Source: Octopus sinensis
Lineage: Eukaryota
Direction of reading: 5' to 3'
Assembly (NCBI RefSeq): GCF_006345805.1
Contig: NC_043008.1
Location: forward strand, 79,546,001 to 79,610,000
Length of the DNA stretch: 64,000 nt
Position 1 is the first letter of the stretch, and every line of letters begins with the position of its first letter. The notes beneath the pieces are model-generated. The model ran no database searches. It saw only the letters and a program-made list of their open reading frames with translations, and was not told the DNA's origin. Positions 35,615-47,914 of the stretch are shown piece by piece. The position numbers were made by a program, and so were the translations under genes.

Positions 35615-36852
35615 AAAAAAAAGTCAAGATAGAAAATGCTAGAATAATTTTATAAAAAACATTTCAGTCATTGAGACTTTTTCAACTGTAACAATTAAAC
35701 AATTAAATTTAGAAAAATTAAAAGAAAAGTTTTTTAAAAGAATATTTGTATAGTGTTCAAATGCAAGTGGCATTTTCCTTGTTTCTGCCTGTCTCTGTCT
35801 CTCTTGTTTACTCTTGTGGGTTATGAATTCTTGGTAGGGAAGAAGAAGAAAAAGAAGGAGAATGTGGGAGTGCCATGACAGTAATATTTTGAATGGTCAG
35901 CAAATGACCCACAGTGGATGGTAGCAGTCCCTGTTCAATTCATGAAAATATTTCTTTTGAATGTTTTGTTTATAGAATTTGCATAGGTGTTATTCTAAAC
36001 AGCATTAGTGGTTAGAAAGAAGAAGAAGAAGAAGAAGAAGAAGAGGAGGGGAGGGAGAATAAGAAGAAATGTAGGTAGTGTGAAAGTAGCAAGGTGTTAA
36101 ATGACTTAAAATTGGCATGTTATGGATTATAGCAGTGATTGGGACTGTTTTTTAACGAATTCTTAGGAAGCTCTTGAGTGTATCATTTTTAATATTTGCA
36201 TGTGTATTTGTGTTATTCTGAGGCCGAGGTGGATATGTCGTTTGTCATAGATGCGTTCAGAAGGGGCCTGTATTTTGTAATAAAGAGAGTTTCTTTACTA
36301 ATTCGTTGGCTCCAGGTTGTTTCGTCCCTGAATTGTTAGAGGGGAAACATTCTGAAGCTTGGACTTTTGTTGTTGGCGCAAATATCTATGTGTTGGCTGA
36401 ATGCTATTTTTCTGCTTTGGGGAATTTTTATCTGGGATCTGTGCAGGGTCATTCTTTTATGTAGACTATTTTTTGTTTGGCCTATGTATTGCTCTTGACA
36501 CCCAGAGCAGGTTAGTATGTATATCAGGTTCTCCGAAGCACATGTGAGATTGCTTTTCACTGTGAAACGTTGTCCTTGTTTGAAGGAGAACTCTGATCCC
36601 TCATAATCGCATATACGACAATTGGGTCTTCCACATTTTTTTACTGACGGCTTCTGTGTTGTTGAGCGTATTCGGGCTTGTGTTAGGAGACTTTTCATAG
36701 ATTTCGGCTGTCTCTTGCTTTTTCGATGGTGTGTGTTTGGAGGATTAAGTTCATTCTGTGGTCCTTTTTTGGAGAATGGTGTCAAAGGCTTCATTGTTGA
36801 GAGGGTTATGTGTGGAGATGTATGGTAGGGCTTTTGGTTGTAAATTTTTCTT
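35613..36852 (-). mobile_element. PLE-B inverted 3' arm
   Basis: Reverse complement of ~37898-39240 with small indels; ORF 36336-36794(-) is GIY-YIG. Confidence 0.9.
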
Positions 36853-39240
36853 CAGTAGTCTTAATGGACACGGTATTTTATATAACTTTAGAACTATCTA
36901 TGTCGGAAGACACAACATATTATGAAAAGGCCCAAAACTACAGTCACCAAAAAATAATGAGAGAACTAAAATCCATGTTAAACCCATATAAAGAAGGGCT
37001 CACCGACAAAGAATATGACTATATGACCAATTTCAAAAGTAAAACCAGCCAATTCTATGGTATTCCCAAGATACACAAAAGTGAGAAAATAAGTAATGCA
37101 TGTAAGATAGCCACAGACAAAATAATTAAAGTCCCTACTCCTAATGACTTGAAATTGAGACCTATAATAGCAGGTCCCGCATGCGAAACCCACCGCCTCA
37201 GTAACCATGTCAAAAGCTATATAAGGGACAACCTCGATATGCTCAATCACCTTCCTAAAACAATAAACAAAAGCCCCCTACTAGTATCCTTTGATGTAGT
37301 CAACCTCTATTCGAATATCCCCCACAACCTAAGAATAGAGGCAATTCAGTTCTGGCTAGAGAATTATGCCAATGAACTCCCACATCGCATCAAAAAAGAA
37401 TTTGTGATAGAAGGGCTAAATTCATCCTGGAAAATAACTACTTCACCTTCAAAGACAACTTCTACCAACAAAAATCGGGGACTGCAATGGGTATGCAAAT
37501 GGCCCCCTCCTTTGCTAACCTAGTCATGGGATATCTAGAAATCAGTCTTTGTCGTAAGGTTCTAGAAAGATATGGCAGCCCTTTCTCTCTCTACATAGAA
37601 AATAACTGGAAGAGATACCTAGATGCCTGTTTCATTCTTTGGCATGAAAATATAGAGAAAGTTAAAAAATTCCAAACACTTTTAAATGGACTTGACGTAA
37701 ACACACCAGAATGAATATCCCCTTCAACCTAGCAAAAAGGATATGCACTATAGTTTCTAATGCAAACACCCGAGACACATGACTAGATGAACTAAAAGAC
37801 ACACTCATCACCAGGAACTACCCACCTTCACTAATTGACATATGCTTTCAACTTGCCCTTCAACACAGCATCCAGGAACTCAAACATCCCAAATTAAAGA
37901 AAAATTTACAACCAAAACCCTTACCATACATCTCCACACACAACCCTCTCAACAATGATGCCTTCGACACCATCCTCCAAAACATACCCCCACTAAAAAA
38001 GGACCACAGAATGAACTTAATCCTCCAAACACACACCATCATAAAAAGCAAGAGACAGCCCAAATCTATGAAAAGTCTCCTAACACAAGCCCGAATATGC
38101 TCAACAACACAGAAGCCATCAGTAAAAAAATGTGGAAGACCCAATTGTCGTATATGCGATTATCTAATTGAGGGATCAGAGTTCTCCTTCAAACAAGGAC
38201 AAAGTTTCACAGTGAAAAGCAATTTCACACGTGCTTCAGATAACCTGATATACATACTAACCTGCTCTGGGTGTCAAGAGCAATACATAGGCCAAACAAA
38301 AAATAGTCTACATAAAAGAATGACCCTGCACAGATCCCAGATAAAATTCCCCAAAACAGAAAAATAGCATTCAGCCAACACATAGACATTTGCGCCAACA
38401 ACAAAAGTCCAAGCTTCAGAATTTTCCCCCCTCTATCAATTCAGAGACGATACAACCTGGAGCCAACGAATTAGTAAAGAAACTCTCTTTATTACAAAAT
38501 ACAGGCCCCTTCTGAACGCATCTACGACAAACGACATATCCACCTCGGCCTTAGAATGACACAAATACACATGCAAATATTAAAAATGATACACTCAAGA
38601 GCTTCCTAAGAATTCGTTAAAAAACAGTCCCAATCACTGCTATAATCCATAACATGTCAATTTTAAGTCATTTAACACCTTGCTACTTTCACACTACCTA
38701 CATTTCTTCTTATTCTCTTTCCTCCCCTCCTCCTCCTCCTCCTTCTTCTTCTTCTTCTTCTTCTTCTTCTCTTCTTCTTCTTCTCTTCTTCTTCTTCTTC
38801 TTCTTCTTCTTCTTCCTAACCACTAATGCTGTTTAGAATAACACCTATGCAAATTCTATAAACAAAACATTCAAAAGAAATATTTTCATGAATTGAACAG
38901 GGACTGCTACCATCCACTGTGGGTCATTTGCTGATCATTCAAAATACTACTGTCATGGCACTCCCACATTCTCCTCCTCCTCCTTCTTTTTCTTCTTCTT
39001 ATTCCCTACCCGGAATTCCCAACCCACAAGAGTAACCAAGAGAGACAGAGACAGGCAGAAACAAGGAAAATGCCACTTGTATTTGAACACTATACAAATA
39101 TTCTTTTAAAAAAACTTTTCTTTTAATTTTTCTAAATTTAATTGTTTAATTGTTACAGTTGAAAAAGTCTCAATGACTGAAACCGGTACTGAAATGTTTT
39201 TTATAAAATTATTCTAGCATTTTCTATCTTGACTTTTTTT
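36853..39240 (+). mobile_element. Penelope-like element PLE-B, 5'-truncated, decayed
   Basis: AVVLMDT start, FYGIPKIHK, SFDVVNLYSNIPH, MGMQMAPSFANL, CGRPNCRIC, YILTCSGCQEQYIGQT; internal deletion near 37710; ends CTTGACTTTTTTT. Confidence 0.9.
39156..39191 (+). ncRNA. Minimal type-I hammerhead ribozyme (U3-A8 variant) in PLE-B 3' region
   Basis: CAG-[TTGAAAA]-AGTC tcaat GACT-[GAAA]-CCGG-[TA]-CTG; ACCGGT palindromic stem III. Confidence 0.75.
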
Positions 39241-40864
39241 TGCGACCAAAATGTTCAGAACGGCATTGTTTTCGTCAGAAAAGTAGATATAATTTTTTAT
39301 CAAAGTTGTTTTATATTCTATAATTTTCACAGACAATAAATATGATATTATTTGTTATTGCCTGAGATTTCGGTGTAATTTGAGAGGATAATACAAAAGT
39401 TATGGATGATTTAGTGATTTACTGCAAAACCCATGGCGGCCAAAATTATCAGAACGCTTGCTTTTACTCCGTGTTTTAGTATATTTAACCGGCGAACTCT
39501 AATGTTTTGAATTGTTTACGTGACGGTTCATTTACTAAACATTAGTAAGAATATTTGCAGTGTACTTTGTTAATATAATGCCACTTACTCCGTTACCAAT
39601 TTGTCAGCAGATTATTAAGTTTCGAAGGAAGGATAATTTAACTATTGAATCTATTACAAAGATTGTTAAGAAGTCAAAAAGTGTTGTACATGGTATTCTT
39701 AAGTTCTACGATGATTGTGGTTCATGTGAAGCAAGAAAGTTTACAGGTAGGCCAAGAAAAATGACCAAGAGAGAAGATTGTGCTATGGTAAAATTGGTTA
39801 AAAAGGACAGATTTAAAACTGCTGCTGCTGTTTCTCGGAAAATGAGCATTGTATTGAAGAAAACTTTAACTCGAAAAACTGTGTCTCGTCGCTTAGTTGA
39901 ACATGACCTACAAGCAAGAGCACCTGCAGTGAAGCCACTGATCAGCTCCAAGAATAAAAAGTGTTGTCTTACCTTTGCAACCGAACATGTGTTGTGGTCT
40001 CAAGAAAAATGGCAAACAGTGCATTTCAGTGATGAATCTAAGTTTATGCTATTTGGCTCAGATGGGAAAAGGTATGTTCGTAGAAAAGTAGGTGAAAAAT
40101 TGTTGCCTAAATGCCTTAAGACTAGTGTTAAATTCAGTGGAGGAAGTGTCATGGTTTGGGGAATGATATCTGGAGATGGTGTGGGCCTTTGGTGCGATTA
40201 CATGGAAAGTTAAATGCAGGAGTTTATAAACAACTTGTAAAAGATCATGTCTTGCCTGTGCTGAGAAATTCAACTAAGCGACCACCCATATTCATGCAGG
40301 ACAATGCCCCATGTCACAAGGCTAAGGTGGTCATGAATTTCCTCAAGGCTGAAAAGGTTATTGTTATGGATTGGCCAGCTCAAAGCCCAGATCTCAATCC
40401 TATTGAAAATGGGTTGAATATTCTAGGAGAACGTTTGTAAGCCAGAAATCCTAAAATAACTGAGCAATTATGGAATGCCCTTCAGGAAGAATGGAATAAG
40501 ATCACCCAGCAAGAAATTGAAAATTTAATTTCCTCATGCAGTCGAAGATGTCAGAGTGTGATTGAAGCTAAATAGCTTCACACTAAATATTAAATAATTC
40601 CAGTATTCTCTGTCATTTTTGATTATTTTGTTATTTTTTCAACCGTTCTGATCATTTTGGCCGCCATGGGTTTTGCAGTAAATCATTAAATCATCCATAA
40701 CTTTTGTATTATCCTCTTAAATTACACCCAAATCTCAGACAATAACAATTAATATTGTATTTATTGTCTGTGAAAATTATAGACTATAAAACAACTTTGA
40801 TAAAAAAATTATATCTACTTTTCTGATGAAAACAATGCCATTCTGAACATTTTGGCCGCAACTG
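39241..40864 (+). mobile_element. Tc1-family (DD34E) transposon with ~220-bp IR/DR termini
   Basis: TIRs 39241-39456 and 40644-40864 each with two CCAAAAT..TCAGAACG direct repeats; FSDESKF, QDNAPCH...SPDLNPIEN (34 aa between D and E); right end CAACTG|TA. Confidence 0.93.
39560..40593 (+). pseudogene. Tc1 transposase, frameshift near 40190 and stop at 40438
   Basis: ORFs 39560-40213 and 40156-40440 plus downstream EEWNKI...SCSRRCQSVIEAK. Confidence 0.88.
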
Positions 40865-40872
40865 TATATATA

Positions 40873-40960
40873 TGAAGTCATCCCATTAGATCTGTCTGAA
40901 TTTTGAATAAAGAAAACAAGTGATCAAATGTTATATTTAATCATCAATGTACTTTCCCTG
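40873..40960 (-). mobile_element. Isolated right end of the 28803-30043 mariner family
   Basis: GTCATCCCATTAGATCTGTCTGAATTTTGAATAAAGAAAACAAGTGATC is the reverse complement of the mariner 3' end. Confidence 0.75.
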
Positions 40961-41122
40961 ATTTTTTTACATAGATAAAAACCAGAAAGAAAATTTTTAT
41001 TCACTAGTTTGAATAAGCCATAACAGTTACAATCAAAACAATTTTATACTATATTTGACTTAAGATTCAGTTAATTCATCAGTAAATTTTATGTTATTGT
41101 TCTGAAGGCTTAATATATATTA

Positions 41123-41242
41123 TCAGGCACAGGCATGGCACCTTGGGCATGGCACCTTGGGCAAGTGTCTTCTACTATAGCCTCGGGCTGACCAGAGCCT
41201 TGTGAATGGATTTGGTTGATTGAAACTGAAAGAAGCCTGTTG

Positions 41243-41285
<43 letters not shown>

Positions 41286-41510
41286 TGTGCGTGTGTGTGT
41301 GCATGTGTGTTCATGTCTATGTTTGTTCCTCCACCATCGCTTGACAATTGATCTTGGTGGGTAACTTAATGTCCCTGTAACTTAGCAGTTCAGTAAAAGA
41401 GACTGGTAGAATAAGTACCAGGCTTACAAAAATAAATCCAGGGGGCGATTTCTTTGACTAAAAGTGCTCCAGCATAGCTACAGTAAAAATGACTGAAACA
41501 AATAAAAGTG
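41123..41510 (+). mobile_element. tRNA-derived SINE with head partly deleted
   Basis: GGCACCTTGGGCAAGTGTCTTCTACTATAGCC body; tandem GGCATGGCACCTTG duplication. Confidence 0.8.
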
Positions 41511-41534
41511 ATTTATAAATATTAATGATCTGCT

Positions 41535-41730
41535 GGCAGAATCATTAGCACATTGGACAAAATGTTTTGTAGCATTTCATCCCATCTTTACAGTCCTGGA
41601 TCAAATTCCACTGAGGTTGACTTTGCCTTTCATCCTTTTAGGGTCAATAAAGTAAGTACAAGTGGAGTACAAGGGTTGATATAATTGACTTGTCCCCTCT
41701 CCTGGACTTGGCTTTGTGCCAAAATTTGAA
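41535..41730 (+). mobile_element. Old SINE of another family
   Basis: TGGCAGAATCATTAGC...TCAAATTCCACTGAGGTTGACTTTGCCTTTCATCC...GGGTCAATAAA. Confidence 0.55.
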
Positions 41731-43686
41731 ATCAATATTAATGACCTGTTTCTTCTATCAACCTTTTGCTTCCACCTTGGTTAAAAAGATGTTCTAATAT
41801 TTATTTAAACAAAGCAATTTTCCTTTATCTGTTTATTGAAATTTCTAGCTTGAAATGTCGACTCTGCTGTGTTTACAATGTAGTTGGAGAATAAAATGTC
41901 GACATTTTTTAACTGTATTTGTAATTCATCTACAGTCAAGTAGTCAACTCAGTAGGCATAATTCATTATAACTATATTGAAAATATGTTAATACAATGAT
42001 AAAAGTGCATCTTCTTTCTAAATATTGTTAAAGCACTTCAAATTAAGTTTTTCAGTTTAAAAGGGATCAGCAGGACTAGTTTCAATCCTGGGATTTCATC
42101 AGTGACTGAAAAACCTCTTTAACTGTTTATGAAAGCTCTCCTTATAACTATAGACTTCAGTACATTGCATAGACTAGTTTGTATGTATAATATATTCTGG
42201 TACATGAAGATATTGTATTTACAAAGTGTTTACATTTGACTATTTTTACAGTGTTAGTATATTCTGTATAGCCTGTCATATGAGCTGTAATATCAGTTAT
42301 GGAGATCATAAAGAAAGAAGTATTTTCTTAAATATTTTATTTGAAGCAAAGTATTCATTCTCTTCTGAACAGAGAATATATATATAAGACTGGTTTCCAC
42401 ATAAATATAGAAATCAAATGCTTACAGCATCTTTTCGGGTACCTTGGCTGGTGTCTTACTTTGCATGGACCATAGCCTTGTGAATGAAATTTGGTAGACA
42501 TACACTGAGTGGAAGTCTATTGAGAGAACATTCCTGTTCTTGGGTAGTAGACTTAATCTCTTACCCAGCCATCATCAGCTGAGTAATCTTCAGGACTGGT
42601 TGCCTTATTAGGATGAATCCCAATAAACAATCATCCTGACTGAATTCTTTTTATTATTGTCTGCTTCCAAATGGTCCATTTCCACACTAAATCCTTCACC
42701 CTTTCTCTCTGTATAGTATTCTATGCTCACTTATGGCAAAATACTCAATAGTTTATCTCATACTCGAAAAAGAACAGCCTCTCTGTCAACAACTAATCTA
42801 TTGCTTATCAAAGGTGATAGCACTAGTTGAAAACAAACATCTTTATTATAAGTCTTTTTGCTTTGTATATGGTTTTCACAGCTTGATCTACCATAAAAAG
42901 ATCTGCTATCCTATGACATACATTTAAAAATTTCAAAGAAAATACGAGCATAGCCTTCAACCACATCATGCATACTCTTGTAATATTGTTTCTGAATTAG
43001 ATGTTTTGTCAGACAGCCCAATTATAGCATGTATTGAGTCATCCCATAAATAATGCAATTTTTTCAATTGCATGAACTAAAAGATGGAGGGGGACAGGAT
43101 AAAATCAACTTCCTATAAAAGCAGATAGTAATTTTACTTTGTATTTATTCTTAGTGCAAGTTATGAAGAGTGCAGTTAGACTGACATATGACAACAAATA
43201 CCTAAATAAACATGATCTTAGTAGTTTCTGCCTCAGTAGACATTTAAGAGGTAGACCACCCACAATTACTTCTATGGCTAGGAAGACCCATATAGAGAGA
43301 TGGAGCGGATGGACCAGAGCCATATGGACCCCCACAAATGTCCATCAGGTAAAGAAAATGATCGCACATGCACTAGGAGCTAGTATAAGAGTTACCCTAA
43401 AAGGCCACACGTTTAAGTTTAACAACAAAATATATGCCCAGGACGAGGGGGCAGCCATCGGCGTTAGTATCGCGGGTGATGTGGCCAACCTTTTCATGGT
43501 ATGGAGGGACAGAAGGCTTAAGGAACGCCTGACACAGAACTCCACACTCGTGAACATGTACTCTCACTATGTTGACGATATCAACATAGTGGTAAAGGCA
43601 CCCCCACAAGAGAGTACTCTTGAAATAGAAATAGAAACTAATACCATGGAGAGCATCCAGCAAATAGCTAACTCCATCCACCAGAG

Positions 43687-46543
43687 CAGGGGTCTCCAAA
43701 GTACGGCCCGCGGGCCGGATTCGGCCCGCCAAGGTTTTTAATCCGGCCCGCCGAGCTGTCCTCCAAAATTATAAAACAAATGTCGAAAAACAAGCCTTGC
43801 CGAAATCATACAAAAACAAATATACTTTACACCCCTTTTAATACGTTTGACAAATATAGTACAGCAAATAGACGCAAGACGACGCTAATTGATTTGCCAT
43901 CAATTAATGTCTTTAAATTGCGCCGGCGAATTAAAAATTTATACACTAAACTTTAGTGTAAATATAGGTTCTTTTCCACTCCCCCCGTTTTAACTGACCC
44001 ATCAGAACCACCATAAAATGAATTAACTTCGCTATGGAGCTACCTATCATTCATCTTAGATAATAGGCGATTGTCAGTGAGATGGATGGTGCTGCTTACA
44101 ATGAAGCAGAGATTCAATTTCTAGCTTTATTGATGTCGCAGAAAAGTCAACCTATTCCGTCGACTGTCGAGAGAGCAGATACGACAAGTATGACGTTAAT
44201 AAAAGTCCCGTGCCTAGTATAATAAAAGAAGACAAATATCGATTTATCGATGTTACCTACATCTCACGAGCGATGAATAGAGAGGGTTGAGCCTGACGTT
44301 GTGTGGTGGTTTCTAATCCTGGTGCAGTCGCCAATCAGCGTGGAGTAAAGTTCGATGCGCATTCCGTCAGTCAGCACAGACTTGGCGTTTTCGTTGTGCA
44401 CAAGTGTGAGTCATTTGTCGTCGTCGCTGCCGAAGTGAATGCACGTATCGAGTGACCTGTGAATATTGTTTTTACTTGTTTCGTCCTTTTACATATATCG
44501 TCGAGCAAAATCTGTCGACCTATGGTAAAAATGTTAGCTCAAGGAAGAAAACGAAAAATCGACTCTGAGTGTAGAGTTTTTAAGGAACAATGGAACATAG
44601 ACTATTTTGTCATAGAGTCAAACAACAAGGCACTATGCGTTATATGCACCGACACAATTGCAGTACTTAAAGAGTACAACATTCGGAGACATTATGAAAA
44701 AAAGCATTCATCACAGTACTACCAATTCATTGGACAGCTACGTAAAGAGAAATTTGACAAATTAAAGAAGAATTTATCATCAATGCAGTTTGTTTTCAAG
44801 AAGAAGGCTGTAGAAAAAGAGAGAGCAACAAGAGCAAGCTTCCATGTTGCTAACCTTTTGGCGAAGAAAGGTAAGCCATTTACAGATGGTGAACTTATTA
44901 AAAAGTGCTTGAATGAGGTATCTAAGGAAATGTGTCCAGAAAACGTAGATTTATTTTCCGTAATTAGTCTTTCTGCGAACACTGTTGCTCGTAGGGTTGA
45001 ACATATTGAAAGAAATATTAAATCACAGCTAAAAGACAAAGCCAGCAAGTTTGTATGCTTTTCTGTTGCACTTGATGAGTCAATTGATGTATCAGACACA
45101 TCCCAATTGTTATTGTTCATCAGAGGAATAAATGCCAATTTTGAGATTACTGAGGAACTTGTATCTGTGCACAGCATGCATGGAACAACAACAGGCATAG
45201 ATATTTTTAGAGAAGTGGAAAAGTCAGTGGCTGAGTATAATTTGGAATGGAAAAAACTAAAATGCATAACAACAGATGGTGGCAGAAATATGTGTGGAAC
45301 CAAAAAGGGCTTAGTTGGGCAAATTAACAAAGTAATTGAGAATTCCGGTGGATTGAAACCTTTGGTATTGCATTGTATTCTTCATCAGCAAGCACTGTGT
45401 GGAAAGCATCTTGATTTATCATCTGTATTAGATCCTGTGATTTCCACTGTTAACTACATAAGATCTCATGGACTCAAACATCGCCAATTTCGTGATTTCT
45501 TGGAGGAAATGAATGCTGAGTTTCCAGACCTACCTTACTATACTTCAGTAAGATGGCTTAGCTATGGAAAAATTCTGGCTAGATTTTTTGAGCTTCGAAC
45601 TGAAATTGAAATATTTTTAAATGAGAAAAACCATTCACAGGTGTTGCTCAAAGACAGTGAATGGCTCTGGAAATTAGCATTTTCAGCCGATTTAACTATG
45701 CATCTCAATGATTTCAACCTACGGATACAAGGTGAAACTTCACTCATCTGTGATTTGTACTCAAAGGTGAAAGCTTTTCGTAAGAAATTAATACTATTTG
45801 AAAGTTAGTTAACAAGAAGCTGCTTTACTCATTTTTCACGATGTGACAAATATAGACAGGAAGCTGCCACTCCATTTCCAAATTTGTTTGCTCAAGATGT
45901 CATTTTAGCTTTGAAACAACAGTTTGAAGAACGTTTTTCTGATCTTGATGCATGTTCTTCAAAACTAAGAATTTTTGAAAATCCATTTAACTCTGTTATT
46001 GGAGACTTACCTTCTGAGTTACAAATGGAAGTTATTGATTTGCAATCCAATGACATCCTGAAGGACAAATATAAAGAGGGAAATTTGATTGAATTCTACA
46101 AATGCCTTCCATCCGACCAATTTCTTCATTTAAGGAGGTTTGCCTGTGAATTCATTTCAGTTTTTGGCACCACATATTTGTGTGAGAAGACTTTTTCAAA
46201 GATGAAATACACAAAATCCTGCTACAGATCACAATTGTCTGATGAACATTTAAATGCATTGCTTGTTATTGGAACCACTCATTTTGAACCTCAGTTGGAC
46301 AAAATTTTGTCAGAAATGAAACAATTTCATGTTTCCCCTATTGATCAAAGTTAAAAAAAACATGTTAATTGTTACTGATATTATATACATTGTGATTATG
46401 TACTGAATAAATAACCTTTTTTAATTATTAATTCACTATTTATTTATATTATTTTGGTAAAATAAATAATTTAGAACCTTGGCCCCCGTAGCTTTAAAAA
46501 TTCAGCAATGTGGCCCTCCGCTGGAAAACTTTGGAGACCCCTG
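43687..46543 (+). mobile_element. hAT transposon (SPIN/GTF2IRD2-like), full-length, 2857 bp
   Basis: Perfect 16-bp TIR CAGGGGTCTCCAAAGT; 8-bp TSD CACCAGAG at 43679-43686 and 46544-46551. Confidence 0.96.
44522..46354 (+). pseudogene. hAT transposase, 610 codons with one in-frame TAG at 45806-45808
   Basis: RKRKIDSECRVFKEQW, BED-like CVIC...RRHYEKKH, SVALDES, TTDGG, HCILHQQAL, VRWLS, FGTTYLCEKTFSKMK; ORFs 44459-45808 and 45884-46354 share a frame. Confidence 0.92.
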
Positions 46544-47914
46544 CACCAGAGTATTAAGGTCACAATAGACTACCCCACTAAACACCCTAACCATAGACTA
46601 TCAGTACTAGACACAGAACTCTGGCTGGAAACTGAGAATAATAAAACCCGAATCCTTCATTCATACTATGCCAAACCTATGGCCTCCAAATACTTGATCC
46701 ATCGGAACTCATCTATCGCAGACAATGCCAAATTCAATATTTTGATGGCAGACCTTGTCATAATAATGTGAAATGTGTCTCGCATGTGTGAGCCAACAGA
46801 GTTAAAGAGACACATACAACATTTTGTTCACCGCATGCAGTTCTCAGGTTACAGCCATAACGAAGGATCAGAGTATACAAAGGAGCCATGAAGAAATTTG
46901 ATACTATCTTATGTAATGATAGGAATGGGATTTGCCCACTCTATAGGAGCAAGTCATGGAACACTATTGAAAGGACTAAGAATAAAATAGGGAAGGCCAA
47001 CTCTTGGTATGATAGCCATAAATACCAGAGTGTCATGTTCGTCGACACCACCCCTAGAGGCAAACTGGCGTACCGCTTTAGAAGGACCCTAGACAAACTT
47101 AAGCTAAGGATTAAGGTTGTTGAAAGGCAACCCTATCAAATCCCTAATCAGTAGAACCCACCCTTTTAGTAGAACCCCCTGTACAGATAGGAACTGTACT
47201 GTGTGTAGATTTAGCCCACAAACAAACTGTAAAGCCAGAAATGTAGTCTATAGTATAAGATGTATAGAGGGACGATGCAGTAACAAGACAACGACATACG
47301 TAGGGAAAACGGCACGGAGCATAGGAGAGCAGGTAAATGAACATTGGAGAGAACTTAAGGAAGAAAAAAGCTCATCAGTTCTGTACCAACATGCCGAGCA
47401 GGAACATGGGGGCTCAATCAACAACATAGAAGTTAAAATCTTGTCCACACATAGAACAGATGCAACAATCAGACAAATTACGGATGCTACACACATAATA
47501 GAAGATAAACCTAATCTGAATAGGAAACTGGAATGGAACACTAACACACACCACAGCATATGACAGAAGAAGATCCCCATAAACTGGTAACAATATAAAC
47601 AAAACTAAAAACATAATAAAATACACAGATAAATAAACAAATGGAAGTAAATAACTATATACATTAAAAAAAAAGTTGGTGTAAACACATGAACAAAATG
47701 AAAATAAACAAAAACAAAAACAAATTACATGAACGTATATAAAGAGGAGATACAAATATTACAGGCACTCCGCCCCACACACACACTAACTAAACATAGA
47801 CACACATAGAGGTATAAGCATGCGCAATTGAAGACACATACAATAGGAATGCAAAATACAAAATGGCTGACCGTTAGTAAGGAGAGACACAGAAATAAGA
47901 AAGAAGAAAGCAAA

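Noticed and set aside
41805-41929. Possible minus-strand terminal exon (ELQIQLKNVD...ENCFV*) after a TAG acceptor
   Set aside because: Only 40 codons, weak polypyrimidine tract, no recognisable homology or partner exons
42717-42830. Possible plus-strand exon after a strong polypyrimidine-TAG
   Set aside because: Short, weak donor, no recognisable protein similarity
44719-45330. 203-aa minus-strand ORF
   Set aside because: Antisense shadow of the hAT transposase; the same applies to antisense ORFs over the LINEs and PLEs
45806-45808. Programmed read-through of the hAT TAG, or selenocysteine recoding in PLE ORFs
   Set aside because: A single C-to-T nonsense change is simpler; PLE stops are mixed types accompanied by frameshifts and no SECIS was identified
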